Assembly: GCA_963803435.1 (NCBI GenBank)
Contig: CAWDML010000001.1
Span: 800,001 to 864,000, forward strand
Reading direction: 5' to 3'
DNA length: 64,000 bases
DNA from: an uncultured delta proteobacterium
GTDB taxonomy: Bacteria; Myxococcota; Kuafuiibacteriia; Kuafuiibacteriales; Kuafuiibacteriaceae
Positions 8,782 through 18,371 of the stretch are shown in pieces. Made by a program: the position numbers and the translations under genes. Position 1 is the stretch's first letter, and the number at the start of each line of letters is the position of its first letter. Under the pieces are notes generated by a model. That model was not told the origin of the DNA, did no database searches, and was given only the letters and a program-made list of their open reading frames with translations.

Positions 8782-10830
8782 TCAGGCCTTGACGACGCGC
8801 TCGACGGCCGCGACCACGTGGTCCACGGTGAACCCGAACTTCTGGTTCAGATCCTCGATGGGGGCCGAGGCGCCGAAGGAGCGGATCCCGATGATCTCGC
8901 CCTTGGGTCCGACGTAGCGCTCCCAGCCGAACGTGGACGCCTGCTCCACGGCGACGCGGGCGGTGACCGCCGGCGGCAACACCGAGTCGCGGTACGCCCG
9001 CTCCTGGTGCTCGAACAGCTCCCAAGAAGGCAGGCTGACCACGCGCAGCTTCACCCGATCCTTCAGGCGCTCGTACGCGCTGACGCAGAGCGAGACCTCG
9101 CTGCCGCTCGCCACCAGGATCGCCTGCGGCGGGCCGTCCGAGTCGATCAGCACGTAGCCGCCCTTCGCCACCTGCGGCGGAGCGAACCGGGTGCGGTCGA
9201 GCGTCGGCAGGTCCTGCCGGGTCAGGACGAGCGCCACCGGCTCGTGGCGCAGCGGCATGATCGTCTTCCAGGCGTCCACCACCTCGTTGGCGTCGGCGGG
9301 TCGGATCGTGATCAGGCCGGGCATCGCGCGGAGGGAGGCGAGGTGCTCGATCGGCTGGTGCGTCGGTCCGTCCTCGCCCACCGAGATCGAGTCGTGCGTG
9401 AAGATGTGGACGACCGGGATCTCCATCAGCGCGGAGAGCCGGATCGAAGGACGGGCGTAGTCGCTGAAGATCATGAAGCCCGATCCGTACGGCCGCACCT
9501 TCGACAGCGAGAGGCCGTTCATCACCGAGCCCATCGCGTGCTCGCGCACTCCGAAGTGGAAGTTGCGTCCGCCGCGATCGTCCTTGGTGAAGTCTCCCGC
9601 GCCCTCGAAGACCAGGCGGGTCTTCGTCGAGGGCGCCAGGTCAGCCGAGCCGCCGATCACCCAGGGGACGCGCTGCGCGATCTTGTTGAGCACCTTGCCG
9701 GAGGCGTCGCGCCCCGACACGCCCTTCGGATCGACGGGGAACCAACCGAGCTCCTGATCCCAGCCCTCCGGCAGCTGCCGGTGCTGCATGCGATACAGAT
9801 GATCCGCCAGGTCCGGGTACTCCTTCCGGTAGGCCTCGAAGGCGCCCATCCACTGCTGGCGCAGCGCCGCGCCCCGCTGGCCGATGCCCTGGGCGAAGTG
9901 CTCGACCACCTCCTCCGGGACCCGGAAGTGGGCGTCCTCCGGCCAGCCGTAGTTGCGCTTGGTCAGCCGGATCTCCTCCTCGCCGAGCGGGGAGCCGTGG
10001 GCCGCGTGCGTGTCCTGCTTGTTGGGCGCGCCGTAGGCGATGTGGCTGTCGACGATGATCAGCGTGGGCCGATCGGTGGTCTTCTTGAAGGTGGTGAAGG
10101 CGCGCTCGAGCATGTCGAGGTCGTTGGCGTCGCCGACGCGCGTGACGTTCCAGCCGTACCCGATGAAGCGGGTGGCTACGTCCTCGCTGAAGGACCAGTC
10201 GGTGTGTCCTTCGATGGTGATCTTGTTGTTGTCGTAGATCCAGCAGAGGTTCGACAGCTTCAGGTGGCCGGCCAGCGAGGCCGCCTCCGAGGCGACGCCC
10301 TCCATCATGCAGCCGTCGCCGCCCAGCGAGTAGACGTCGTAGCCGAACATCTCGAAGCCGGGACGGTTGAAGTGCTTCGCCATCCACTCGCTCGCGATCG
10401 CCATCCCGACGCTGGTCGCGAAGCCCTGGCCGAGGGGACCGGTGGTGGTCTCGATGCCGGAGGTCCAGCGGTACTCCGGGTGACCCGCGCACTTGCTCCC
10501 CAGCTGGCGGAACCGCTCGATGTCCTCGAGCGCGACGGAGAGCCGGCCCAATACCTCGTACTTCGGATTGACCGCCTTCACCTTGGTGAGGTGGAGCATC
10601 GAGTAGAGCAGCATGGAGGCGTGCCCCATCGAGAGGACGAAGCGATCGCGGTTCGGCCAGATCGGATCGTCGGGATCGAAGCGGAGGAAGCGTTGCCAGA
10701 GGCAGTAGGCCACCGGCGCCATCGCCATCGGCGTGCCCGGGTGCCCCGAGTTCGCCTTCTGCACCGCATCCATGGCGAGCGTGCGGATGGTGTTGATGGA
10801 GAGTCGGTCGAGGTCGCTGGTCGAATGCAC
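8782..10830 (-). CDS. tkt: Transketolase
   Basis: SGHPG, NRDRFVLSMGH, TTGPLGQG, GDGCMMEG, THDSISVGEDGPTHQP. Confidence 0.97.
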   Translation of the reverse strand: MHSTSDLDRLSINTIRTLAMDAVQKANSGHPGTPMAMAPVAYCLWQRFLRFDPDDPIWPNRDRFVLSMGHASMLLYSMLHLTKVKAVNPKYEVLGRLSVALEDIERFRQLGSKCAGHPEYRWTSGIETTTGPLGQGFATSVGMAIASEWMAKHFNRPGFEMFGYDVYSLGGDGCMMEGVASEAASLAGHLKLSNLCWIYDNNKITIEGHTDWSFSEDVATRFIGYGWNVTRVGDANDLDMLERAFTTFKKTTDRPTLIIVDSHIAYGAPNKQDTHAAHGSPLGEEEIRLTKRNYGWPEDAHFRVPEEVVEHFAQGIGQRGAALRQQWMGAFEAYRKEYPDLADHLYRMQHRQLPEGWDQELGWFPVDPKGVSGRDASGKVLNKIAQRVPWVIGGSADLAPSTKTRLVFEGAGDFTKDDRGGRNFHFGVREHAMGSVMNGLSLSKVRPYGSGFMIFSDYARPSIRLSALMEIPVVHIFTHDSISVGEDGPTHQPIEHLASLRAMPGLITIRPADANEVVDAWKTIMPLRHEPVALVLTRQDLPTLDRTRFAPPQVAKGGYVLIDSDGPPQAILVASGSEVSLCVSAYERLKDRVKLRVVSLPSWELFEHQERAYRDSVLPPAVTARVAVEQASTFGWERYVGPKGEIIGIRSFGASAPIEDLNQKFGFTVDHVVAAVERVVKA

Positions 10831-10921
10831 GGGCGGTTACATAGCGCTGGCTCGCGCTCCGGGAAACCGCGGCCGGATCGAGTCGGAGATCGTTCGAGCT
10901 TTCTCGTGTACGCTCGCGCGG

Positions 10922-11677
10922 GTGCCCCGCCTCGCGCTCTTGATGCTGCTGGCGGTCGCCTGCGTGCCCAAGCCGGCCGACGTTTCGGACAGCGGTCCGG
11001 TCGCCGAGGACGCCGAACCCGACGCTGGCTTCTCGTTCGACGCGCGCGCGCCCGACGCGACCGTCCCGGACGACACCGGGGTCCCCGACGACAGCGGGGT
11101 TGCGGAGGACGCCGGGGAGATGGACGCGAGCCTCCCGAGCCAGTGCCCCACCATCGCCGACCCGGCCTGCACCTCCGCGGCCGACTGTGCCGACGACATC
11201 CCGCCGCCGACGAACTGCGAGGCCTGCGTGCCGGCGAACGACACGCTGTGCGCCGGCGCCACCTGCACGATGCCGCCGACCCTGGCCATCGCGGACATCT
11301 ACGCCGTCGCCACGCAAGTCGACCCGAGCGTCCCGCTCCTGTCGAGCGTCGGCGTCTTCGCCGTCGCCTCCGGGACAGCCGGCCAACGGGTCATCGGATG
11401 TGACGACGTTTACAGCGGAACGGTCGACCTGACCGATCGCTGCTTCAACGTGCTCTACAGCAAGAGCATCAACGTCAGTCAGACCGGCGACACCTATACG
11501 GTCGCGTTTACCGGCTTCGCGAGCGGTCAGCACACGCTCTTCCTCATCTACGGTTTCACCTCGGTCGGCGCCCGGGGCGCGCCGGTCGGGCTGTCCTGCA
11601 GCGAGATCGACGTGGGTCCGCCCAGCCCGGGCGGCCAGACTCAGTACTTCGCCGGGGATCGGATGCGCCTGCTGTGA
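10922..11677 (+). CDS. Cys-rich lipoprotein
   Basis: LLAVAC lipobox, DAG repeats, Cys-rich domain. Confidence 0.7.
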   Translation: MPRLALLMLLAVACVPKPADVSDSGPVAEDAEPDAGFSFDARAPDATVPDDTGVPDDSGVAEDAGEMDASLPSQCPTIADPACTSAADCADDIPPPTNCEACVPANDTLCAGATCTMPPTLAIADIYAVATQVDPSVPLLSSVGVFAVASGTAGQRVIGCDDVYSGTVDLTDRCFNVLYSKSINVSQTGDTYTVAFTGFASGQHTLFLIYGFTSVGARGAPVGLSCSEIDVGPPSPGGQTQYFAGDRMRLL

Positions 11678-11756
11678 ACGGCCATTTCACAGAGGTAGTT
11701 TTCGACCCAGAACCCGTACACTCCTCAGCGCCCGAGATTTTCGGGCAGGAGGAAAA

Positions 11757-12503
11757 ATGGGAATCGTCGCAGTTCTTCTCACCGCGGGCGGCATCGTCGC
11801 GCTCATTTGGGGCTTCGTTCAAAAGTTCAAGGCAGGACGGCTGGCGAAGGCGCCGTTCGTGAAGACCGGTGATGCCGCGGCCAAGGGCGCCTCCGTCGCC
11901 GGCGAGAAGGGTGCAATCTCGGTTCAGGGACGAGTGAACGCGTCGCAGCTGCTCACCTCTCCGGTGACCGGAACCCAGTGCCTCTACTACGAGCTCAAGG
12001 TGGTCGGTAAGTGGAAGGACGGCGACACCGAGAAGTCGAAGGACTACGTCGACGAGAAGGCCGCCGCGCAGTTCATGGTCGACGACGGCACCGGCGGGAT
12101 CCGCGTCGACGCCTCCAAAGGCGGCGACTTCGATTGCATCGAGAAGAGCTTCGACGAGACCAAGAAAGAGGGCATGTTCGCCGATCTGAAGAGCGCCGTC
12201 GGAAAGGGTCAGCCGATCATGTTCGGCAGCTACGCGTTCCAGAACCCGCCGATGAGCACCGCCAACAAGTTCGAGTGCGTCGAGAAGATCGTGAAGCCGC
12301 AGCAGCAGCTGTTCGTCCTCGGGAAGATCGAGAACAACACGATCGGATCGCCGAGCTGGACCTCGCTGATCCTCTCCTCCAAGACCCGCGATGAGCTCCT
12401 GGGCTCCACCGCGAAGGCCGCCAAGAACTTCCTCATCGGAGGCGCGGCCGCCGCGGGTGTCGGGGTGGTCCTGGGCGTCGTCAGCAAGTTCGTGGCCGGC
12501 TGA
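11757..12503 (+). CDS. GIDE/BAM-domain membrane protein
   Basis: TM helix - L.SPVTG..CLYY...F.VDDGTG.I.VD...E......LFVLG - TM helix; GGAGG RBS. Confidence 0.7.
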   Translation: MGIVAVLLTAGGIVALIWGFVQKFKAGRLAKAPFVKTGDAAAKGASVAGEKGAISVQGRVNASQLLTSPVTGTQCLYYELKVVGKWKDGDTEKSKDYVDEKAAAQFMVDDGTGGIRVDASKGGDFDCIEKSFDETKKEGMFADLKSAVGKGQPIMFGSYAFQNPPMSTANKFECVEKIVKPQQQLFVLGKIENNTIGSPSWTSLILSSKTRDELLGSTAKAAKNFLIGGAAAAGVGVVLGVVSKFVAG

Positions 12504-12513
12504 GCCCCCGCCC

Positions 12514-13998
12514 CTACCGCTCCATCCTCTCCTTGATCGTTCGCAGCACCTCGACCCGCGCGAACTTCTTGTCGTTGCCCGGCACGATGGTCCAGGGCGC
12601 ATACGACGTGCTGCAGCGTCCCACCATCTCGTTCACCGCGCCCTCGTAGCGGTCCCACTTCTCGCGGTTTCGCCAGTCCTCGTCCGTGATCTTGTGCTTC
12701 TTGTACGAGACCACCTCGCGCTCCTCGAACCGCCGGAGCTGCTCTTCCTTTCCGATGTGGATCCAGAACTTCAAGAGCACGATCCCGTGCTCGGTGAGCT
12801 GCTCTTCGAAGTCGTTGATCTCGTTGTAGGCGCGCTTCCACTCCTCCTCGGTCGCGAAGCCCTCGACGCGCTCCACGAGGACGCGCCCGTACCACGATCG
12901 ATCGTAGATGGTGACCCGCCCGGCGCGCGGCACGTGGCGCCAGAAGCGCCAGAGGTAGTGATGCGCGCGCTCCTCGTCGGTGGGAGCGGCGATCTGGATG
13001 ACGTTCAGGAGCCGCGCGTCGAGGGCCTGCGACACGCGGCGGATCGCGCCGCCCTTGCCGGCAGCGTCCCAGCCTTCGAACACCATCATCGTGGAGCGGC
13101 GGTGCTCGTACGCCTCGCGCGCCAGGCGGCCGACCTCGTACTGGTAGGCCTCCAGACGCCGCTCGTACTCCACCTCGTCCATCTTCTGGGTGAGATCGAC
13201 CTTGTCGAGGATCGTGATCTGAGACGCGGCGGTCGGTGGGGTGGACTCGACTGGAGGGAGGTGCACGCTCCCGTCCTGCCGGCCGGTGGCCAAGCGGCGT
13301 TCGATCGAGTCGGAGATCGTCCGCGCGATCGTCAGGTCGCGATACCGTGCGTCCTCAGCCTCGACCAGGAACCAGGGCGCGAGGCCGGTGTCGGTCTCGC
13401 GGATCGCTGTCTCGGCGACGCTCTTGAAGCGCTTGTAGCGCTTGTGACGCCGCCAATCCTCCTTGGTGACGCGCCAGCGCGTGCGCTTGTCGCTCTCCAG
13501 CTTCTCGAGGCGCTTCCTCTGATCCCCCTCGGTGAGGTGGAGCCAGAACTTGAGGATGACCGCGCCGTCCTGGACCAGCATGCGCTCGAGGCGCGCGATA
13601 CGGGCGAGCTGTCGCTCGAAGGCGGGCGCCTTCTCGCCCTTCATGACGCGGTCGACGATCGGCTTGGTGTACCAGCTCCCCAGGAACAGCCCGATGCGCC
13701 CGCGCGCCGGGAGCTGCCGCCAGAACCGCCAGTACTCGGGGCGTTCCGCCTCTTCGTCCGACGCCGGACGGGCGCCGACCGTGTGGATGTCGACATGCCG
13801 GACGTCCAGCCACTCGGTCAGGCGATCGACGACCCTCGCCTTTCCAGCGCCCTCGACCCCAGCGATGATCACCACGACCGGCGCGTCGCTGTCGGCCAAC
13901 CGTCGCTGGAGATCGAGCAGGCGAGCGCGGAGCTCCGGCAGCGTCGCTGCGTAATCCGCCTTGTCGATCGTCCTCCCGAGCTCCACCGCCTCGAACAT
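12514..13998 (-). CDS. pap: Polyphosphate:AMP phosphotransferase (two-domain PPK2)
   Basis: Two PPK2 domains: GVEGAGK and EGWDAAGKGG, DRSWY, LKFW. Confidence 0.95.
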   Translation of the reverse strand: MFEAVELGRTIDKADYAATLPELRARLLDLQRRLADSDAPVVVIIAGVEGAGKARVVDRLTEWLDVRHVDIHTVGARPASDEEAERPEYWRFWRQLPARGRIGLFLGSWYTKPIVDRVMKGEKAPAFERQLARIARLERMLVQDGAVILKFWLHLTEGDQRKRLEKLESDKRTRWRVTKEDWRRHKRYKRFKSVAETAIRETDTGLAPWFLVEAEDARYRDLTIARTISDSIERRLATGRQDGSVHLPPVESTPPTAASQITILDKVDLTQKMDEVEYERRLEAYQYEVGRLAREAYEHRRSTMMVFEGWDAAGKGGAIRRVSQALDARLLNVIQIAAPTDEERAHHYLWRFWRHVPRAGRVTIYDRSWYGRVLVERVEGFATEEEWKRAYNEINDFEEQLTEHGIVLLKFWIHIGKEEQLRRFEEREVVSYKKHKITDEDWRNREKWDRYEGAVNEMVGRCSTSYAPWTIVPGNDKKFARVEVLRTIKERMER

Positions 13999-14040
13999 GA
14001 GCCGAGACCGGTAGTCGAGTTCGAGGGCGACCGCAAGGCT

Positions 14041-14802
14041 TCAGCCCAGCGGGAGGCGGCGCATGAACGCCTGCGTCCCGGCGCTCGGGTCTTGATCGAC
14101 GAACGTCACATCGAGCAGACCGGCGTCGACCCAGCTGCCGGTGTGCTGACGCGCCACCTCGCTGAGGCACACGCTGTAGCCTCGGAGAAAGGACTCGAGG
14201 TCACGGCGTTGATCCTCGGTCCCACGGAACACGATCATGAGATCGATGTCGCTGGAGGGGCCGGCCTCGCCGCGCTCGGTGCTGCCATACAGATAGAGGC
14301 CTTCGACGCCGTACGTCTTCGCGTCGATCGCCCGTCCCAGGGCCTCGGCGAAGCTCTGCCGCCATCGCCAGTGATCGCGGCGGGCGCCGGCCGGGTCGCC
14401 GGCCAGCTGCTGCTGCTTCCACTCGAGGTACTCGGACAACCTCGAGGCGATGCTCGTCAGCAACTCCCGCTCCTCGTCGAGGAACGCGTTGTCGGCGTCG
14501 CTCGGCCAGTCGACGTCGACGACCTCGATGAACCCGACGGGGGTACCGAAGAGGTCGAGCGACGCGCGCAGCCGGTGACAGGACGGCCCGAAGCCGGGCC
14601 CCAGGTAGTCGCGGCCGAGGTACTGGATCCGCGAGCCGGTGCTCTTCGGTCGCTGCCAGCCCTCGGGGATCGAGTCGAGCACGCTCGCAAACACGGCCTG
14701 CGGCGGGTCCTCGCGCGCGGCCACCGCCTGACCGACACGATAGAGACATCGCAGCTCCTTCGCGCGCTCCTCGAGCGCCAGGATCTCGTGCGCCGACCTC
14801 AT
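14041..14802 (-). CDS. GAF-like sensor fused to a Pol-beta-type nucleotidyltransferase domain
   Basis: ERAKELRCLY...FLDEERELL followed by YLYGSTERGEAGPSSDIDL. Confidence 0.75.
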   Translation of the reverse strand: MRSAHEILALEERAKELRCLYRVGQAVAAREDPPQAVFASVLDSIPEGWQRPKSTGSRIQYLGRDYLGPGFGPSCHRLRASLDLFGTPVGFIEVVDVDWPSDADNAFLDEERELLTSIASRLSEYLEWKQQQLAGDPAGARRDHWRWRQSFAEALGRAIDAKTYGVEGLYLYGSTERGEAGPSSDIDLMIVFRGTEDQRRDLESFLRGYSVCLSEVARQHTGSWVDAGLLDVTFVDQDPSAGTQAFMRRLPLG

Positions 14803-15002
14803 CGGCGCGCACGCTAGGTCCGAGCGGCGAACCCGTCAACGGGTGAGCCCAGCCACCGGAGGCGCGCGCGTCCTCCACTCCCGCTCCACTCCCGCGATTG
14901 GGGGGTGGTCCTTCCCAGGTTTCCCGACCACCTGTACGAGCGTGGGGCGCGGGCTGCCATCCTAGCGTTCACGCCCGGCGGTCGACACGGTACGCTCGGC
15001 GT

Positions 15003-15866
15003 ATGCAACGACGGCTCCTCGGCTCCTCGGGCATCGAAGTCAACGCGATCGGCTTCGGCGGAATGCCGCTCTCGATCCGCAACCGCCCGGACGAGTCGCA
15101 GGCGATCCGCGTCATACACGCCGCGCTCGACGCCGGGATCGATTTCATCGACACGGCCAACGTCTACTGCATCGACGACAGCGACCTCGGACACAACGAG
15201 CGTCTGATCGCAAAGGCGCTCGGGGAGTGGAGCGGTCCGCCGCCGATCGTCGCCACCAAGGGCGGGCTCGAGCGACCGAACGGCAACTGGACCCGGAACG
15301 GCCGGCCCGAGGCGCTCAAGGGCGCGTGCGAGCAGAGCCTGCGCTCGCTGGAGGTCGACGCGATCACACTCTATCAGCTGCACTCGCCCGATCCCTCGGT
15401 ACCGTTCGAGGAGAGCGTGGGTGCGCTAGCCCAGCTCAGGAGCGAGGGAAAGATCGAGCACGTCGGGCTCTCCAACGTGACGGTCGAGCAGATCGAGGCT
15501 GCGCGCGCCATCGTGGAGGTGGTCAGCGTCCAGAACCGCTGCAACCCGTTCGATCGCCGCGCCTTCGCCGACGGCGTGGTGGCCTGCTGCGAGAAGCACG
15601 CGATCGCGTTCCTCCCGTACAGCCCGGTGGGGGGCTCACGCGGGAAGTCGGAGGTGAAGGACGATCCGATCCTCAACGAGATCGCCGTGCGTCACGACGC
15701 CTCTCCCTTCGAGGTCGCGCTCGCCTGGCTGCTCAAGAAGTCCGAGATCTCCATCCCGATCCCGGGCGCCAGCAAGCCGCAGAACGCGCGCTCGAGCGCC
15801 AAAGCCATGACGATCGAGCTCGCCCCGGTGGATCTCTTTCAGCTCGAGGCCGCGTTTCCCACCTGA
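15003..15866 (+). CDS. Aldo/keto reductase
   Basis: GFGGM, DTANVY, IVATKGG, LYQLH, GLSN, IPIPG. Confidence 0.95.
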   Translation: MQRRLLGSSGIEVNAIGFGGMPLSIRNRPDESQAIRVIHAALDAGIDFIDTANVYCIDDSDLGHNERLIAKALGEWSGPPPIVATKGGLERPNGNWTRNGRPEALKGACEQSLRSLEVDAITLYQLHSPDPSVPFEESVGALAQLRSEGKIEHVGLSNVTVEQIEAARAIVEVVSVQNRCNPFDRRAFADGVVACCEKHAIAFLPYSPVGGSRGKSEVKDDPILNEIAVRHDASPFEVALAWLLKKSEISIPIPGASKPQNARSSAKAMTIELAPVDLFQLEAAFPT

Positions 15867-16981
15867 CCCTCGAGAGTGATCGCCTGCGCGATCGCCCTCG
15901 CCTCGCGATTGATGTCGCGCAGCTGACCGGTCAGCGGGTTGCGAAAGCCGAGAAAGTAGAGGCCCGGCACCTCCGACTCGCGACCGTGGACCTTCGGGTA
16001 GCCGCGCGCGTCCGTGACCTCCGCGCTGCACTCGAGGAAGTCGCCCAGCCCAGCCTCGAACCCGGTCGCCAGGACCACAGCGTCGAAGACGACCTGGGTG
16101 CCGTCGGTGAACACGACCGCGTCCTCCTCGAAGCGCTCGACTCCGGCGTGAACCGAGATCCGTCCCGCTTTGATCGCGTCGATCGTGCCCACGTCGATCA
16201 CCGGGATGCGCCCGCGGGTCAGCACCTGTGTGACCGGGCCGATCGCTGGACGCACGATCCCGTACTTCCCGAGGTCGCCGAAGTACTGGGCGGCGGCGCG
16301 GATCCCGATCGCATCGGCGACCCGGAGCGGGAGCTTCGAGAGCACCAGACCGGTCCACTGGGCCGGAATGCCGTAGAGGTCGCGCGGCACCACGTGCGTG
16401 GGGCTCCGAAGGGAGATCGCCGACTCGCGCGCGCCCTGCTCCATCAGGTCGAGCGCGATCTCGGCGCCCGAGTTCCCCATGCCGACGACCAGCACCGCCT
16501 TGTCGCGATAGGCGGCGCCGCTCCGATAGCGCGACGAGTGGATCAGCTCGCCTTTGAAGCGCTCCTGGCCCGGCCACGTGGGGATCTTCGGCGTCCGGTT
16601 GTAGCCGGTGGCGACGATCAAGCGCCGGGCGGTGTGCGTGCGATCCTGGGTCTCGACGATCCACGCGTTCCCCTCGCGCCGCGCCGAGCGCACGTCCTGG
16701 CCGAGCTCGGGACGCAGCTTGAACCGCCGGGCGTAGCTCTCCAGATACTCGATGAACTCGGCTCGCGGTACGTATCGGGGATAGTCGCGGGGGAACGGCT
16801 CGTACGGGAGGCTCGACATCTCCTTGACCGTGTGGAGGTGGAGCCGGTCGTAGTGGCCGCGCCAGGAGGCGCCGATCGCGGTGCTCCGATCGATCTGGAT
16901 GTAGCGGATCCGCGCCCGCTCGAAGCAAGCCGCGGTCGACAGCCCAGCAGGACCGGCACCGATGATCAGAGCGTCGTGCAT
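15839..16981 (-). CDS. Flavin-containing monooxygenase (FMO/YUCCA-like)
   Basis: GAGPAG, ATG, FxGxxxHSxxY, GMGNSG, ATGF. Confidence 0.92.
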   Translation of the reverse strand: MHDALIIGAGPAGLSTAACFERARIRYIQIDRSTAIGASWRGHYDRLHLHTVKEMSSLPYEPFPRDYPRYVPRAEFIEYLESYARRFKLRPELGQDVRSARREGNAWIVETQDRTHTARRLIVATGYNRTPKIPTWPGQERFKGELIHSSRYRSGAAYRDKAVLVVGMGNSGAEIALDLMEQGARESAISLRSPTHVVPRDLYGIPAQWTGLVLSKLPLRVADAIGIRAAAQYFGDLGKYGIVRPAIGPVTQVLTRGRIPVIDVGTIDAIKAGRISVHAGVERFEEDAVVFTDGTQVVFDAVVLATGFEAGLGDFLECSAEVTDARGYPKVHGRESEVPGLYFLGFRNPLTGQLRDINREARAIAQAITLEGQVGNAASS

Positions 16982-18339
16982 CACTCGGCCGTCAGATACA
17001 GATAGCCGATGCACATCTCGTCGGCGGACGTGTTGCCCCAGTTGACGTCCCGCACCTCACGCCGCCTGCCGTCCACGATCGGCTGGTTGCCGGCCGTGTT
17101 GTCCCAGTGACACTCGAGATAGATCTCGTCGATCCCCAGCTCGAACGGGATGGGATCGGTGTGCAGGTATCCGTACTGCCAGTTGAAGTCCCAGCGCGGG
17201 ATCGTGAGCACGCACTGCTGGGAGCTGTCGGGGCGGACCACGCGGATCGTCCCCTGCGTACCGAGGTAGTGCATGTGCAGGCCGGCCCCGTGGATCTTGA
17301 GCTTGCGGGCCGTCAGCCAGGGCGCGAAGAGCTGGATGAGGCCGTCCGGGTTCAGCTGGAAGCTGTGCACGACGTCGGGATCGTTCGCGGGGATGGGCAT
17401 GTTTCCGTTCTGGCTCCACTCCTGGAAGTTCCAGAACGGCGCGATCAGCGCCTCGCGGTCGACGGAGTCCTCCAGCTGAAGCGCCAGCGCCGAGCGATCC
17501 GATCCGCTCCGGTTCTCGCCCAGGTTGAAGTGCATCTCGATCACGATCACCGAGCCCGGATCGACGCGGATGCCGGTGCCCTCCGGATAGACGAGCCCGG
17601 TGCTGCCGGGGGCCCACGAGCCCAGCAGCGCCGTGCCGTCCGCAAAGGCGCCGCCGAAGCAGGGATAGCCGGGTCCGGCCGCCTGCTGATCGAGGGCGCG
17701 GAACGCGGCCACGCCGTTGCCGGAGGCGATGTAGAGGTTGGCGTGGTGGACGATCGCCGGGTTGCTCGGCTCCAGGTTGAAACCGCTGACATACTTGGTG
17801 GTGGTCTCGGGCCAGTCGACGACGAAGCAGCGGTAGTCGTCGGTCCCGGTGGGCGTGTAGGGCGCCTGCGTCTGGATCCGCAGATCGGTCCGGTGGATGC
17901 CGACGTCGATCGGGGGGACGGGATCGCCGACCACCGAGGGGTCGCCCATCGGCGCGCCGCCGGCGATCCACGCGTCGATCGTCGCGATCTGATCCGGGGT
18001 GAGCGAGCGATCGTTCTTGAAGGTGTTGCAGTTCGGACCGGCGTGCCACGGCGGCATCAGCTTCGAGTCCACCTGCGCCTTGATCATCGGGACGGCCTGC
18101 TCGACCACCGCGGGCACCGACAGATCGATCGGGCCGATGCCGCCGGTCGTGTGGCATCCGGCGCAGCGGCCGTCGATGATCGGTTTGACGTCGCGGAAGA
18201 AGACAACGCCCGGCTGCTCCTCGCCGGCGTCGGGCTCGGCCCCGCCGGCGTCGGGCGCGGGGTTCGACCCGTCATCGCCGGAGGAGGGCGAGCAGGCGGC
18301 CAGGAACAGGAGCACGACGGAGGTCGAAGCGAGCCGCAT
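16981..18339 (-). CDS. Copper type II (PHM/DBH-like) monooxygenase lipoprotein with a CxxCH heme site
   Basis: LAAC lipobox, CAGCH, IVHH, EMH, HMH, DEMC. Confidence 0.85.
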   Translation of the reverse strand: MRLASTSVVLLFLAACSPSSGDDGSNPAPDAGGAEPDAGEEQPGVVFFRDVKPIIDGRCAGCHTTGGIGPIDLSVPAVVEQAVPMIKAQVDSKLMPPWHAGPNCNTFKNDRSLTPDQIATIDAWIAGGAPMGDPSVVGDPVPPIDVGIHRTDLRIQTQAPYTPTGTDDYRCFVVDWPETTTKYVSGFNLEPSNPAIVHHANLYIASGNGVAAFRALDQQAAGPGYPCFGGAFADGTALLGSWAPGSTGLVYPEGTGIRVDPGSVIVIEMHFNLGENRSGSDRSALALQLEDSVDREALIAPFWNFQEWSQNGNMPIPANDPDVVHSFQLNPDGLIQLFAPWLTARKLKIHGAGLHMHYLGTQGTIRVVRPDSSQQCVLTIPRWDFNWQYGYLHTDPIPFELGIDEIYLECHWDNTAGNQPIVDGRRREVRDVNWGNTSADEMCIGYLYLTAE

Positions 18340-18371
18340 CGGTCAGAGGTTGGGCCGGGGAGCGGAGCAGA

